Origin: an uncultured delta proteobacterium | Lineage (GTDB): Bacteria; Desulfobacterota; Desulfobacteria; Desulfobacterales; QNYZ01 | NCBI GenBank assembly: GCA_963845145.1 | Contig: CAWJQU010000005.1 | Span: 864,001 to 928,000 of the forward strand | Length of the DNA: 64,000 nucleotides | Direction of reading: 5' to 3' | In this document: piece after piece, positions 10,592 through 18,859 of the stretch | Numbering within the stretch: position 1 is the first letter of the stretch | Layout: every line of letters starts with the position of its first letter | Notes under the pieces: generated by a model | Databases searched by the model: none | The model's input: the letters and a program-made list of their open reading frames with translations, nothing else | What the model was told of the DNA's origin: nothing | Program-made: the position numbers and the translations under genes

Positions 10592-11950
10592 CTAATCCGC
10601 CGCCATCACACTGACTTTACCTGCCCGAATCAACTGCACCAGCGGAATATGCGCCGGGCAAGTGTACGCACAAGAACCGCATTCAAAACAGGCCATGATG
10701 TTGTATCGTCGGGCCAGGGCAATGTCCTGATTTCTAGAAGCCAGGGCAATGCGTGTGGGAACCAGATTCATGGGGCACACATCGACACATTTTCCGCACC
10801 GGACACAAGCAGTTTCGGCAGCCGCTTTGACTTCATCTCTATTCAACACGGTAAGGCCACCGGTACCCTTGGTGACCGGGGTCTTCAGATTGGCAAAGGC
10901 AAACCCCATCATGGGGCCACCGGCAATCATACGGGCCGCATCCGGTTTCAGTCCCCCGCTAAATTCAATGAGTTCACCGAACGACACGCCGATGGGGGCC
11001 AATATGTTTGACGGATTGACAATACCACCACCGGTGACACTGATAACCCGGTGTGTGAGCGGCTTTTGATGGATCACAGCTCGGGCGACGGCTGCCATGG
11101 TCCCCACATTGCTCATGGCCACACCCACATCCGAGGGTAACCCGCCCAACGGAACCTGGCGCTTGATCACGGCATGAATCAGGTGTTTCTCGCTTCCCTG
11201 GGGATATTTGGTTTTTACTACAGCCACCTGGACAGCAGTGCCTTCAGCTGCTTTACGCAGAGCTTCCACCGCCGGCATTTTGTTATCTTCTATGCCAATA
11301 ACGATCCGTTCGACACCCATACTACGCCCGGCCAACAAGGCGCCAGTAATGATGGGCGCCGGTGCCTCCATCATGAGCCGGTAATCGGCAGTTAGATAAG
11401 GCTCACACTCGCAGCCGTTGACAATCAGGGTATGGATCGGTTTTTTATCGTTGGGCGCAATTTTTACATGCGTGGGAAAAGCCGCGCCTCCCAACCCCAC
11501 AAGCCCGCCTTCGTTGATATCTTTGTTGATTTGGGCCGGGTCATAGCCGTCTAGATCCGTGACCGGCCACTGGCCGCCATATATCTCTTCCCACAAATCA
11601 CGACCGGCCGGGATTTCTCCTTCGGTTTTTATGGGCAAGGCGTCCATATGTCGGCCATTGGCCAAGGTCACCCGCATCGGGCGCTGGATTATTCCGGGAA
11701 CCGATGCATGCAAGGTGGTAGAAACAAAAGTGGACCCTTTACCTATCAACTCCCCCCATCGGACGATTTGGCGCGCTTTGACCAGCGCATCACAGGCTGC
11801 TCCGACATTTTGATGAAGGCTCAGGAGTACCTTTTCCGGGGTAGGCATCACCTGAATGGAGGCATCTTTGGATAATTGTTTTTTATCCGGTGGGTGAATC
11901 CCTCGGGCAAATGTCCCCCGCCCCTTGTAACCTTTGAGTTTTAGCCCCAC
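10592..11950 (-). CDS. rnfC: Rnf complex subunit C
   Basis: GLGGAAFPTHVK, NGCECEPYLTAD, KYPQGSEK, GGPMMG, two 4Fe-4S motifs at the C-terminus. Confidence 0.95.
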   Translation of the reverse strand: MGLKLKGYKGRGTFARGIHPPDKKQLSKDASIQVMPTPEKVLLSLHQNVGAACDALVKARQIVRWGELIGKGSTFVSTTLHASVPGIIQRPMRVTLANGRHMDALPIKTEGEIPAGRDLWEEIYGGQWPVTDLDGYDPAQINKDINEGGLVGLGGAAFPTHVKIAPNDKKPIHTLIVNGCECEPYLTADYRLMMEAPAPIITGALLAGRSMGVERIVIGIEDNKMPAVEALRKAAEGTAVQVAVVKTKYPQGSEKHLIHAVIKRQVPLGGLPSDVGVAMSNVGTMAAVARAVIHQKPLTHRVISVTGGGIVNPSNILAPIGVSFGELIEFSGGLKPDAARMIAGGPMMGFAFANLKTPVTKGTGGLTVLNRDEVKAAAETACVRCGKCVDVCPMNLVPTRIALASRNQDIALARRYNIMACFECGSCAYTCPAHIPLVQLIRAGKVSVMAAD

Positions 11951-11999
11951 AATATCACCGTGAACGTGCTATTTTTTATCACCTTCATTTCGTAGTCCC

Positions 12000-12035
12000 A
12001 AAAAAACAAAAAGATTTCCTCACGGGAAATCTTTT
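12000..12035 (-). terminator. Intrinsic terminator inside the 5' leader of the rnf operon
   Basis: Minus strand AAAAGATTTCC-CGTGA-GGAAATCTTTT followed by TGTTTTTTT, about 50 nt before the rnfC start. The nearest upstream gene is divergent. Confidence 0.8.
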
Positions 12036-12073
12036 AAACGCGCTATTTTTAAAGGCTGTAATCATCATTTTCG

Positions 12074-12200
12074 TCTTTTCCACACGATTTGTCAACCGGT
12101 GCCCCTGGCCCCAGCCATCCGGGATTGAGATCCAGGATTGCGATCGGGTTTGTGATCCAGTTTGTGATCCAACCCAATTCGGGCCCTATGGGAAAAAGAA
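12074..12200 (-). ncRNA. Candidate cis-regulatory structured RNA (riboswitch/attenuator-like), family not recognised
   Basis: Hand-folded: closing stem UCUUUUUCC/GGAAAAGA, GGCCC/GGGCC stem, two internal hairpins, and a CGGUU-GACA-AAUCG GNRA hairpin. Directly upstream of a terminator. Confidence 0.5.
12121..12170. repeat. Four imperfect 12-13 nt tandem direct repeats
   Basis: GGGATTGAGATCC / AGGATTGCGATC / GGGTTTGTGATCC / AGTTTGTGATCC. Confidence 0.7.
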
Positions 12201-12236
12201 GAGGGTTCTTTGTATGGCAATTTGTGATCGTTTTCT

Positions 12237-12250
12237 TTGACCTTAGTCAA
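12237..12250. promoter_or_regulatory. FNR/CRP-family-like palindrome between divergent rnf and usp genes
   Basis: TTGAC-CTTA-GTCAA; the canonical FNR box is TTGAT-N4-ATCAA. Confidence 0.5.
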
Positions 12251-12400
12251 TTTTTTCCGGTGCAATTGCTGATACTAAGGCTAATATTATCCCAATGCTA
12301 TGTTGACGGATGATAATCCAAGCGATACGCTGATCCTTACTTATGGATAGATGTCTTGTTATTCCTATTATTATAAAAGGTTAAAACAGGAGATTCACAC

Positions 12401-13348
12401 TTGCAGGATAACCTTCCCCTCCAAAAAATTCTTGTCGCTGTTGATGGAAGCGAACAATCGCTGCGGGCCATTCGTTACGCCGCCAATGTTTTTCCAGCGG
12501 ATCGCACCGAAATTGTTCTTTACTATGTACGTGTTGAGTTGTTCGACCTTTTTTCAGATTTGGGGACCTACCCGCATTACCAGCGCCGTGTGACTGGGCT
12601 GAAGCGATGGGCTACTGAACAAAAAGCGGATGTGGTTCAAGCCATGGATAGTGCGGTGGTCTATTTCAAACAGAAAGGGTTTCCGGAGGCGGCCATTACC
12701 GTTAAAACCCCGGCTAAAAGGCTGGGGGTCGCAAAAGATATCATTAAAGAGTCCTATGATGGGTACCATGCCATCGTCGTGGGCCGCACCGGTTGGAGCC
12801 GGTTTAAGGACTGGTTGATAAAAAGTACGGCTATGAAACTGGTGGCCAAAATCAAACATATCCCACTGGTGGTTGTGGGTGGCAAGCCGGATGCAAAAAA
12901 TGTGTTGGTAGCGTTTGACGGCACCCACGGAGCAATGAAAGGGGTCGCGTGTATTGCAGGGCTTGTGGGATCTTCGGGACACCATTTGCAGATTTACAGC
13001 ATGATTCGCAAGGACGAAAAATTTTGGGACGGGGACGCAAGTGCCTTTTTGGTTGAAAAGTCTGAAAACTGTCATGAAATCGTCAAACACAAGCTAAGCC
13101 CGTTACTGAAAGAGGCCTTCAACCGCCTGCTGGCGGAGGGTATGACACCCAATCGAATTTCAATTAAAATTGATACGGTCGATCAAGATCGCGCATCTCA
13201 TATCGTTCGCGAAGCGATGGAAAACCATTTCGGGGGCGTTGTTCTGGGTCGCCGGGGGTTGATCACATTTATCGATGAATATTTTATCGGAAGGGTCAGT
13301 GACCAGGTCCTCAAACAGGCCGATCAGCTGGCCGTGTGGATTATTTGA
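12401..13348 (+). CDS. Universal stress protein, tandem Usp domains
   Basis: KILVAVDGSEQS...IVVGRTG and NVLVAFDG...VVLGRRG...IGRVSDQV; AGGAG RBS. Confidence 0.9.
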   Translation: MQDNLPLQKILVAVDGSEQSLRAIRYAANVFPADRTEIVLYYVRVELFDLFSDLGTYPHYQRRVTGLKRWATEQKADVVQAMDSAVVYFKQKGFPEAAITVKTPAKRLGVAKDIIKESYDGYHAIVVGRTGWSRFKDWLIKSTAMKLVAKIKHIPLVVVGGKPDAKNVLVAFDGTHGAMKGVACIAGLVGSSGHHLQIYSMIRKDEKFWDGDASAFLVEKSENCHEIVKHKLSPLLKEAFNRLLAEGMTPNRISIKIDTVDQDRASHIVREAMENHFGGVVLGRRGLITFIDEYFIGRVSDQVLKQADQLAVWII

Positions 13349-13710
13349 AAAAAAATGAATTACTGTATGTGAGATGGCAACGCCGACGGACACGTAGGCA
13401 GAGGAACCCGGACGATTACCGGTTAACCGCTTTCCTCCTTGCCGGTGTTCATCCGGGAGATAATTCAAATCCCAATGTGATGGCCGAACTGGGATCTATC
13501 GAGGAAAGATTTTTACGTATCAGGATCAGCAAAACAAGGGCCTTTCATCAGGGGCTTTTCTGGGTTAAAGTTGATCGGGTGTTTGACAAGCTAGGTTTGG
13601 AAAAGAGCATCCGGCAAATATTAGAAGATGAAATAGTGGAGAAAGTTCCCCGGCCCGCGGACGATTGGGCCCTGTGGGGCGTCACGTGCATTCCGCACAT
13701 CGATTGTTAA
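13336..13710 (+). CDS. Hypothetical protein
   Basis: 124-aa ORF overlapping the usp end and filling the gap to the DsrE-like gene. Confidence 0.6.
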   Translation: MDYLKKNELLYVRWQRRRTRRQRNPDDYRLTAFLLAGVHPGDNSNPNVMAELGSIEERFLRIRISKTRAFHQGLFWVKVDRVFDKLGLEKSIRQILEDEIVEKVPRPADDWALWGVTCIPHIDC

Positions 13711-13726
13711 TCTAAAAGGACCTACC

Positions 13727-14032
13727 ATGGATAAAACGCTCGGTATTTATGTCACTTCCGACCGCAACTTGGACCCATTAATCAAGTTGTGCCAAGCCGC
13801 CAAGAAAAAAGGTGTCAACCTCAAGGTGTTTTTTACACATATCGGTACACGGCTGAGCACCGATCCGCGTCTCGATGAATTAAAAGAAATCGCCGACATT
13901 GCGCTTTGCAAAGTGGGGTTTGAGGACAATCAATTAGACCCCAAAGATACCAAGGTGAGCGAAAAGGGGTTTTCCAGTCAATCGTGGCATGCAGAAATGA
14001 TATATGAATGCGATCGATATATTACATTCTAA
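13727..14032 (+). CDS. DsrE/TusD-like sulfur-relay protein
   Basis: DsrE-fold pattern LGIYVTS...AAKKKGV.LKVFFT..G...ALC, with a Cys in the expected position, ending ..CDRYITF. Confidence 0.7.
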   Translation: MDKTLGIYVTSDRNLDPLIKLCQAAKKKGVNLKVFFTHIGTRLSTDPRLDELKEIADIALCKVGFEDNQLDPKDTKVSEKGFSSQSWHAEMIYECDRYITF

Positions 14033-14059
14033 AAGAAACCAAAAAAAGAGAGATAAAAG

Positions 14060-14362
14060 ATGGAAAATATTAAGCATTGTGCGGTGATTGTTCGTCGACC
14101 CGATGATATCTGGGAAGGGACCCGAACGGCCCTGGGCTTGGCGGCTCACAACTACTGGGCCTATCTCTTTGTCATTGATGTCACGGTTGAGATGAATGAT
14201 AAGCTCGAGGAAAATCTGGAATGGCTGGAGGAGATGGAGTGCCCGTTTATTTCAAATGTTGAGCAAAACAGCCAACACGGGTTTGAATATCTGCCCATTG
14301 ATAAGCTTGCCCGGGAATTGAAAAAAATGGATCTTGTCATTCCCTTTGGAAATCGCAACTAA
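14060..14362 (+). CDS. DsrF/TusC-like protein
   Basis: AVIVRR...EGTRTALGL...LFV...DLVIPF pattern; position in the trio. Confidence 0.6.
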   Translation: MENIKHCAVIVRRPDDIWEGTRTALGLAAHNYWAYLFVIDVTVEMNDKLEENLEWLEEMECPFISNVEQNSQHGFEYLPIDKLARELKKMDLVIPFGNRN

Positions 14363-14401
14363 CGCCATCCATACGAATCCGACATAGGTAAGGATAATAA
14401 A

Positions 14402-14596
14402 ATGCCGAAACGTAAAAAAATGCTGCACATCCTCAAATCTCAACCTGATGATATGCAGCGAACCTTCATGTATTCCCTCTCACTGGGGTATAGCTGTCTG
14501 CAATTTCCTCTGTTTGATTTTGATGAAGATCCACCCGATTATGATGAGCTGATCGATCTGATCTTCGAGTTTGATGAAGTGGTTACTTGGTGGTGA
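14402..14596 (+). CDS. DsrH/TusB-like small protein
   Basis: MLHILKS...DYDELIDLIFEFDEVVTW resembles the TusB/DsrH N- and C-termini. Confidence 0.65.
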   Translation: MPKRKKMLHILKSQPDDMQRTFMYSLSLGYSCLQFPLFDFDEDPPDYDELIDLIFEFDEVVTWW

Positions 14597-14944
14597 TCCG
14601 CAATAGCGGGAATATTCACGGAAAATTGAAATTTCCAACCGCACCGAATCTATCATCGCCAACCGCTGCGGATCAGCCGCGTATTTTTCCTGGAATGAAT
14701 TCACTCGGTATTCCAATGGCTAGTAGTAGGACTCCAACCAGGCCGATTCCGGCAATGTGAAATCCCCGATAATCGTATAGCCACTGTTTTCGATCATTCC
14801 CCGGTTGGCTTCAACATCTACCATGGCCGGATATTCATTGGCAAAAAAGTCTCGGCAGTCGTTCGGCGGATCGGGTTCGAGCCAGGTCAGCTCTCTAACG
14901 GCCATAAACCCACCGGGTTTTAAAAGAGAATGGCACATGGTCAG
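14597..14944 (-). pseudogene. Fragment of a class I SAM-dependent methyltransferase
   Basis: LLKPGGFMAVRELTW...SAWLESYY*PLE: in-frame TAG at 14720-14722. The SAM-binding N-terminus and the C-terminus are missing. Confidence 0.75.
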
Positions 14945-15169
14945 CTAGTACCGATCATGTACCATATAGTTCCTGGCAAAAATACGATGTGAATACTCGA
15001 TGATCTTGACTTTTGATTTGCATGAATAACATAATTCCTGTCCTCTTCACGGACGCCCAGTTTTTATCCGGTTTTTAGAAGCCACTATCCTTGACAGAAA
15101 ACAGATTCTTGAGATATCCATATTCGAAACATAATAAAAATGATACAACCATTTTTATATTAATTTAAA

Positions 15170-16589
15170 ATGTTTATCATCGACCATATATTTTCAACAC
15201 CCACTCTTTACTTTTTATATGGATTGGCTTTTCTTTTTTTAGGCGCTTCCATTGCTCTAAAAGATATGAAAGCCAGCCAGCTGAAAATATCAAGCAATCT
15301 ATGGCTTCTCTCCCTTTTTGGATTTGCGCACGGGTTCCACGAGTGGATTGCACTGTTTCTTCTCATCGACGGCACTCAATATTCTGATGATATCATATAC
15401 ACAATCAAAACCTTAGCCCTTATTATCAATGGGCTTTCATTTTTATTTTTTGTTATTTGGAATATCACTGCTCCATTCAATTACTAAAAACAAATATATC
15501 AAATGGTTAAAGCCTTGCGTGATAATTTTGTTTGCAATATTGATGTTTTATTTTTTCAAAGTTGATTCAGATTACCAGCATATTAGTTTTTTTAAGTTCG
15601 CAAATAATGTTTTAAGAAAAACATTTGGATTTATTGGAAGCCTTGCAACAAGCTTAGCTTTAATCTATTACTCTAGAAAGGTTAAGAAGATAAGCCTCCC
15701 TATTTCCAAACATTTTTTCTACTCAGGGATTGGCTTTTTTTTCTACAGCATATTTGCTGGTCTTATACAATCCCACGTTCAAATTCCTCTAATTTTAGTT
15801 CCCGTTGAATTTTTTCGTGGTTTATGCGCGGTTTTAATTACAGCGTTTCTATTCAAGGCGCTTAACATCTTTGATATCCATACGAGAAAAAAACTAGAGC
15901 AACAGCTTAAAAATCAGGCTCAATCTGAAAAGATGGTGTCCCTCGGTCTACTCTCTGCCGGGGTCGCTCATGAAATCAATTCTCCCCTGACCAATGCGTC
16001 TTTGAATATGCAAATGCTAAGAAGTCAACTTGGGAATGCCCTCGACAATGAAAAAATAAAAAGAAAAATCGATGCTATCGGTAGAAATATTGAAAGAGCG
16101 TCCAATATAGCCAAAGAGTTGCTTCAATTCTCACAAACACAAGAAACAATACTATCCCCCATGGACGTTAATCAGGTTGTAGAAAGTGCCTTGGCTCAAT
16201 TGAACGAACGGTTCGGTAACCTTAAGGTCTCGGTTAAACAAAACCACCTTCCGGCAGTTCAACTGAATGCACCCAAATTAGAACAGGTGCTTCTAAATGT
16301 GATCAATAATTCTATCGAAGCCATGGAGAACAAGGGAGAATTAATTCTTGAAACAAAACAGGTGAACAATGAAATCAAAATAACCATTTCAGACGATGGC
16401 ACGGGTATTTCACAAAGTCATTTATCGAAGGTATTTGATCCTTTTTTCACCACAAAAGAAATGAATAAAGGAACCGGATTAGGCCTTTCAATCTGCCATG
16501 GAATTATTGAACAACATGGGGGCTCTATAATTCTTGAGAATAATAAGAGGGGTGGCGTGGATACAACTATTACCTTAGCTATCCCATAA
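15170..16589 (+). pseudogene. Multi-TM sensor histidine kinase split by a +1 frameshift (or sequencing error)
   Basis: ORFs 15170..15487 and 15429..16589 join if one T is removed from the T6 run near 15436-15441. H-box AHEINSPL; FDPFFTTK...GTGLGL. Confidence 0.8.
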
Positions 16590-16647
16590 TTTTTATTCTA
16601 AATATTAGAGCCAATTTCAAAACGGCTCATTAGAAAAGAGTATTGCC

Positions 16648-17301
16648 TTGAATAATATTTTGATTGTCGATGATGACATGGAATACAGGGAAAATTTAAA
16701 AGAAATACTCGACGATGCCGGGTATCCAAATGATACGGCAGGATCGGTCAAGGAGGCTTTGAAAAAACTTGACGCTCAACAATTTGATGTAATTTTGCTC
16801 GACTTCATGATGCCGGATATCGATGGCATTAATGCCATCGAAAAATTTAAAAAAATCAATCCAAACTCCAAAATCATCATGATTACAGCTTTTGCATCCA
16901 TTGAGAATGCGGTGAGGGCGATTAAAAAAGGCGCCAGTGAATACATTCCCAAACCCTTTAAAATTGAAGCACTCCTCTCAATGATCAAGCAGGTAATAGA
17001 AGAGCTTCGTTTTGAACATGATATAAAAAAATTGAAGCTTGAGGGAACGCTAAGTTCTTTGTCTAACGCTATTCGCAGGGAAATAATCCGTATGTTTCAT
17101 ACAAATAAAAATATACGATTGATGGAAACGGCCCGGAAACTGAATATCGAAGATCATACGAAATTAATTTTCCATTTAAAAAGTTTGAAAGATGCTCGGA
17201 TTTTAAAACAAGATGAAAAACGGACGTACCTGCTTACAAAAGAGGGCAAAAAAGTTCTTGAATGCCTTAATATTCTGGATAATTTCCTGTCCGAAAAATA
17301 G
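16648..17301 (+). CDS. Response regulator, REC plus winged-HTH (ArsR-like) output domain
   Basis: ILIVDDD, LLDFMMPD, KPF; C-terminal SLSNAIRREII...FHLKSLK....L.....YLLTKEG. Confidence 0.88.
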   Translation: MNNILIVDDDMEYRENLKEILDDAGYPNDTAGSVKEALKKLDAQQFDVILLDFMMPDIDGINAIEKFKKINPNSKIIMITAFASIENAVRAIKKGASEYIPKPFKIEALLSMIKQVIEELRFEHDIKKLKLEGTLSSLSNAIRREIIRMFHTNKNIRLMETARKLNIEDHTKLIFHLKSLKDARILKQDEKRTYLLTKEGKKVLECLNILDNFLSEK

Positions 17302-17342
17302 ATTCGAATAAATTCATTTCTCCTGCCGTTAAGTGCTCTAAC

Positions 17343-17390
17343 GTGAACTATTCTTCACATAATTAAGACACTATGTGAACACAATTTCAC
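17343..17390. promoter_or_regulatory. Pair of GTGAA-N6-TTCAC palindromes, probable regulator binding sites
   Basis: GTGAActattcTTCAC (17343-17358) and GTGAAcacaatTTCAC (17375-17390), 32 bp apart. Confidence 0.6.
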
Positions 17391-17499
17391 TATACCAGTA
17401 CCACGTTGTGTGATAGCCATAAATATCATTACAGCTATTAATGTAATCCTCTGGGGTTAAATGCTGTTATTCTTTATTAATTAGAAATAGGGGGAATTT

Positions 17500-18576
17500 A
17501 TGAAAACCATCGGAAGTTATTTTTGGAAAATGGGACTGATAATAACAGGCGTGCTATTGATAGCAAGCCCGTCGCTGGCCCAAGAAAAGGCTCAAATGAA
17601 ACTTGTCAGTGTAAAAACGGATACGGCTATCACGCTCGACGCTATGGCTGAAAAAGCGTGGGACAAAGCGGCTGCCTTAGAAGTAAAACTGGATCAATTA
17701 CCGTATGAACCGAACAACGGATACGCAGGCATAAAGGAAACTACCGTCAAAATAAAATCCCTGTATGATGATAAATATGTCTATTTTCATCTTCAATACG
17801 ATGATCCAACTCAGAGTTTTGAAAGATTTCCCTGGGTAAAACAGGACGACGGTAGCTGGAAGCAATTGATGAATAAAGACAACACCGGCCATGACAACAC
17901 CTATTATGAAGACAAAGTGGGCGTTTACTGGGAAATAAATGCAAGGGGCTTTAAAAAGAAGGGTTGCGCTGTCTCCTGTCATGTGACCGAAAACGGAAAG
18001 AATAACGGTTTTGATGACAAGTCCGCAGGCAGAAAATACACCAATGAACCCGGCGAAACCATTGATATGTGGCACTGGAAAAGCGTTAGGACAGGCCCTC
18101 TGGGAATGTTTGATGATCAATTTGTTGATTCAACGGCAGATCCGAAGTTAAATAAAAATTGGGGCCGAAAAGGTGATGTAAAAACGGGCGGTGGCTACAA
18201 AAATAATATTAATGAAGCAAAAACCGGACCGGCTTTTATGAATTCTCCATATAGTGAGAAAGATAAATACTGGGTGATGCCTGAAAGCAAAAAGGAATTT
18301 GTTGATACGTTTAAACCTGGCGACATCATTCCGGGAATCGTACTTTCACCTTTCGTTGGACCCCGCGCTGACATTAAAGCGGCGAGCAACTGGAAAGATG
18401 GGGTTTGGACTTTAGAGGTTAAACGCGCCTTGGTCACCACCGGTGAAAAAGCAGAAATTCAGGATGTGCAGTTCAGTGATCTTAAGAATGCCTATTACTT
18501 TGGAATTTCTGTTTTTGACAACTCCCAAATTAACCATATTTACCATGAAGGTTCCATCGAGATGACCTTCCAATAG
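17500..18576 (+). CDS. Periplasmic ethylbenzene-dehydrogenase-gamma-like (DOMON-type) heme-binding protein
   Basis: Signal peptide; YYEDK, DMWHWK and WKDGVWTLEVKRAL motifs; atypical CAVSCH (CxxxCH). Confidence 0.75.
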   Translation: MKTIGSYFWKMGLIITGVLLIASPSLAQEKAQMKLVSVKTDTAITLDAMAEKAWDKAAALEVKLDQLPYEPNNGYAGIKETTVKIKSLYDDKYVYFHLQYDDPTQSFERFPWVKQDDGSWKQLMNKDNTGHDNTYYEDKVGVYWEINARGFKKKGCAVSCHVTENGKNNGFDDKSAGRKYTNEPGETIDMWHWKSVRTGPLGMFDDQFVDSTADPKLNKNWGRKGDVKTGGGYKNNINEAKTGPAFMNSPYSEKDKYWVMPESKKEFVDTFKPGDIIPGIVLSPFVGPRADIKAASNWKDGVWTLEVKRALVTTGEKAEIQDVQFSDLKNAYYFGISVFDNSQINHIYHEGSIEMTFQ

Positions 18577-18605
18577 ATCAAAACAAAACGAGCGAACGAA
18601 CTGTT

Positions 18606-18645
18606 AAAAATCTGTTTGCCTTGAGATCAAGGCAAACAGATTTTT
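18606..18645. terminator. Strong, potentially bidirectional intrinsic terminator
   Basis: AAAAATCTGTTTGCCTTG-AGAT-CAAGGCAAACAGATTTTT, a perfect 18-bp inverted repeat. Confidence 0.85.
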
Positions 18646-18859
18646 ACATGTACCTCCTTTAAGTTTGAATTTTCACCGATGAGTACCCATGTCAATTCGC
18701 ACCACCATCTGCCTCAACATTTCCACGAAGGATTTCTGTGGGAGTCGTGGTGTTTGTGGCAAACGATATGGCGATATTATCTGTCAGGGCGGCGTTGGCG
18801 GTACTGTGCTTTAAAAAGCGGTGAAACTTCAGCTTTAAACATGGGGCAGTGTTTTTGAA

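Noticed and set aside
12121..12170. CRISPR array
   Set aside because: The repeats are 12-13 nt, directly abutting, with no spacers and no cas genes.
12221..12240. Rex operator upstream of rnf
   Set aside because: Only the TTGTGA half-site is present; there is no TCACAA partner at the right spacing.
11951..12250. Canonical FMN (RFN) riboswitch ahead of a flavin-related operon
   Set aside because: The hallmark RFN segments (GGGGCAGGGUGAAAUUCCCGACCGGCGGU, AGUCCGGAUGGGAG) are absent. The Moco-motif resemblance (CCAGGG...CGUGUGGAAA) is partial and lacks the intervening stem and CCUCC.
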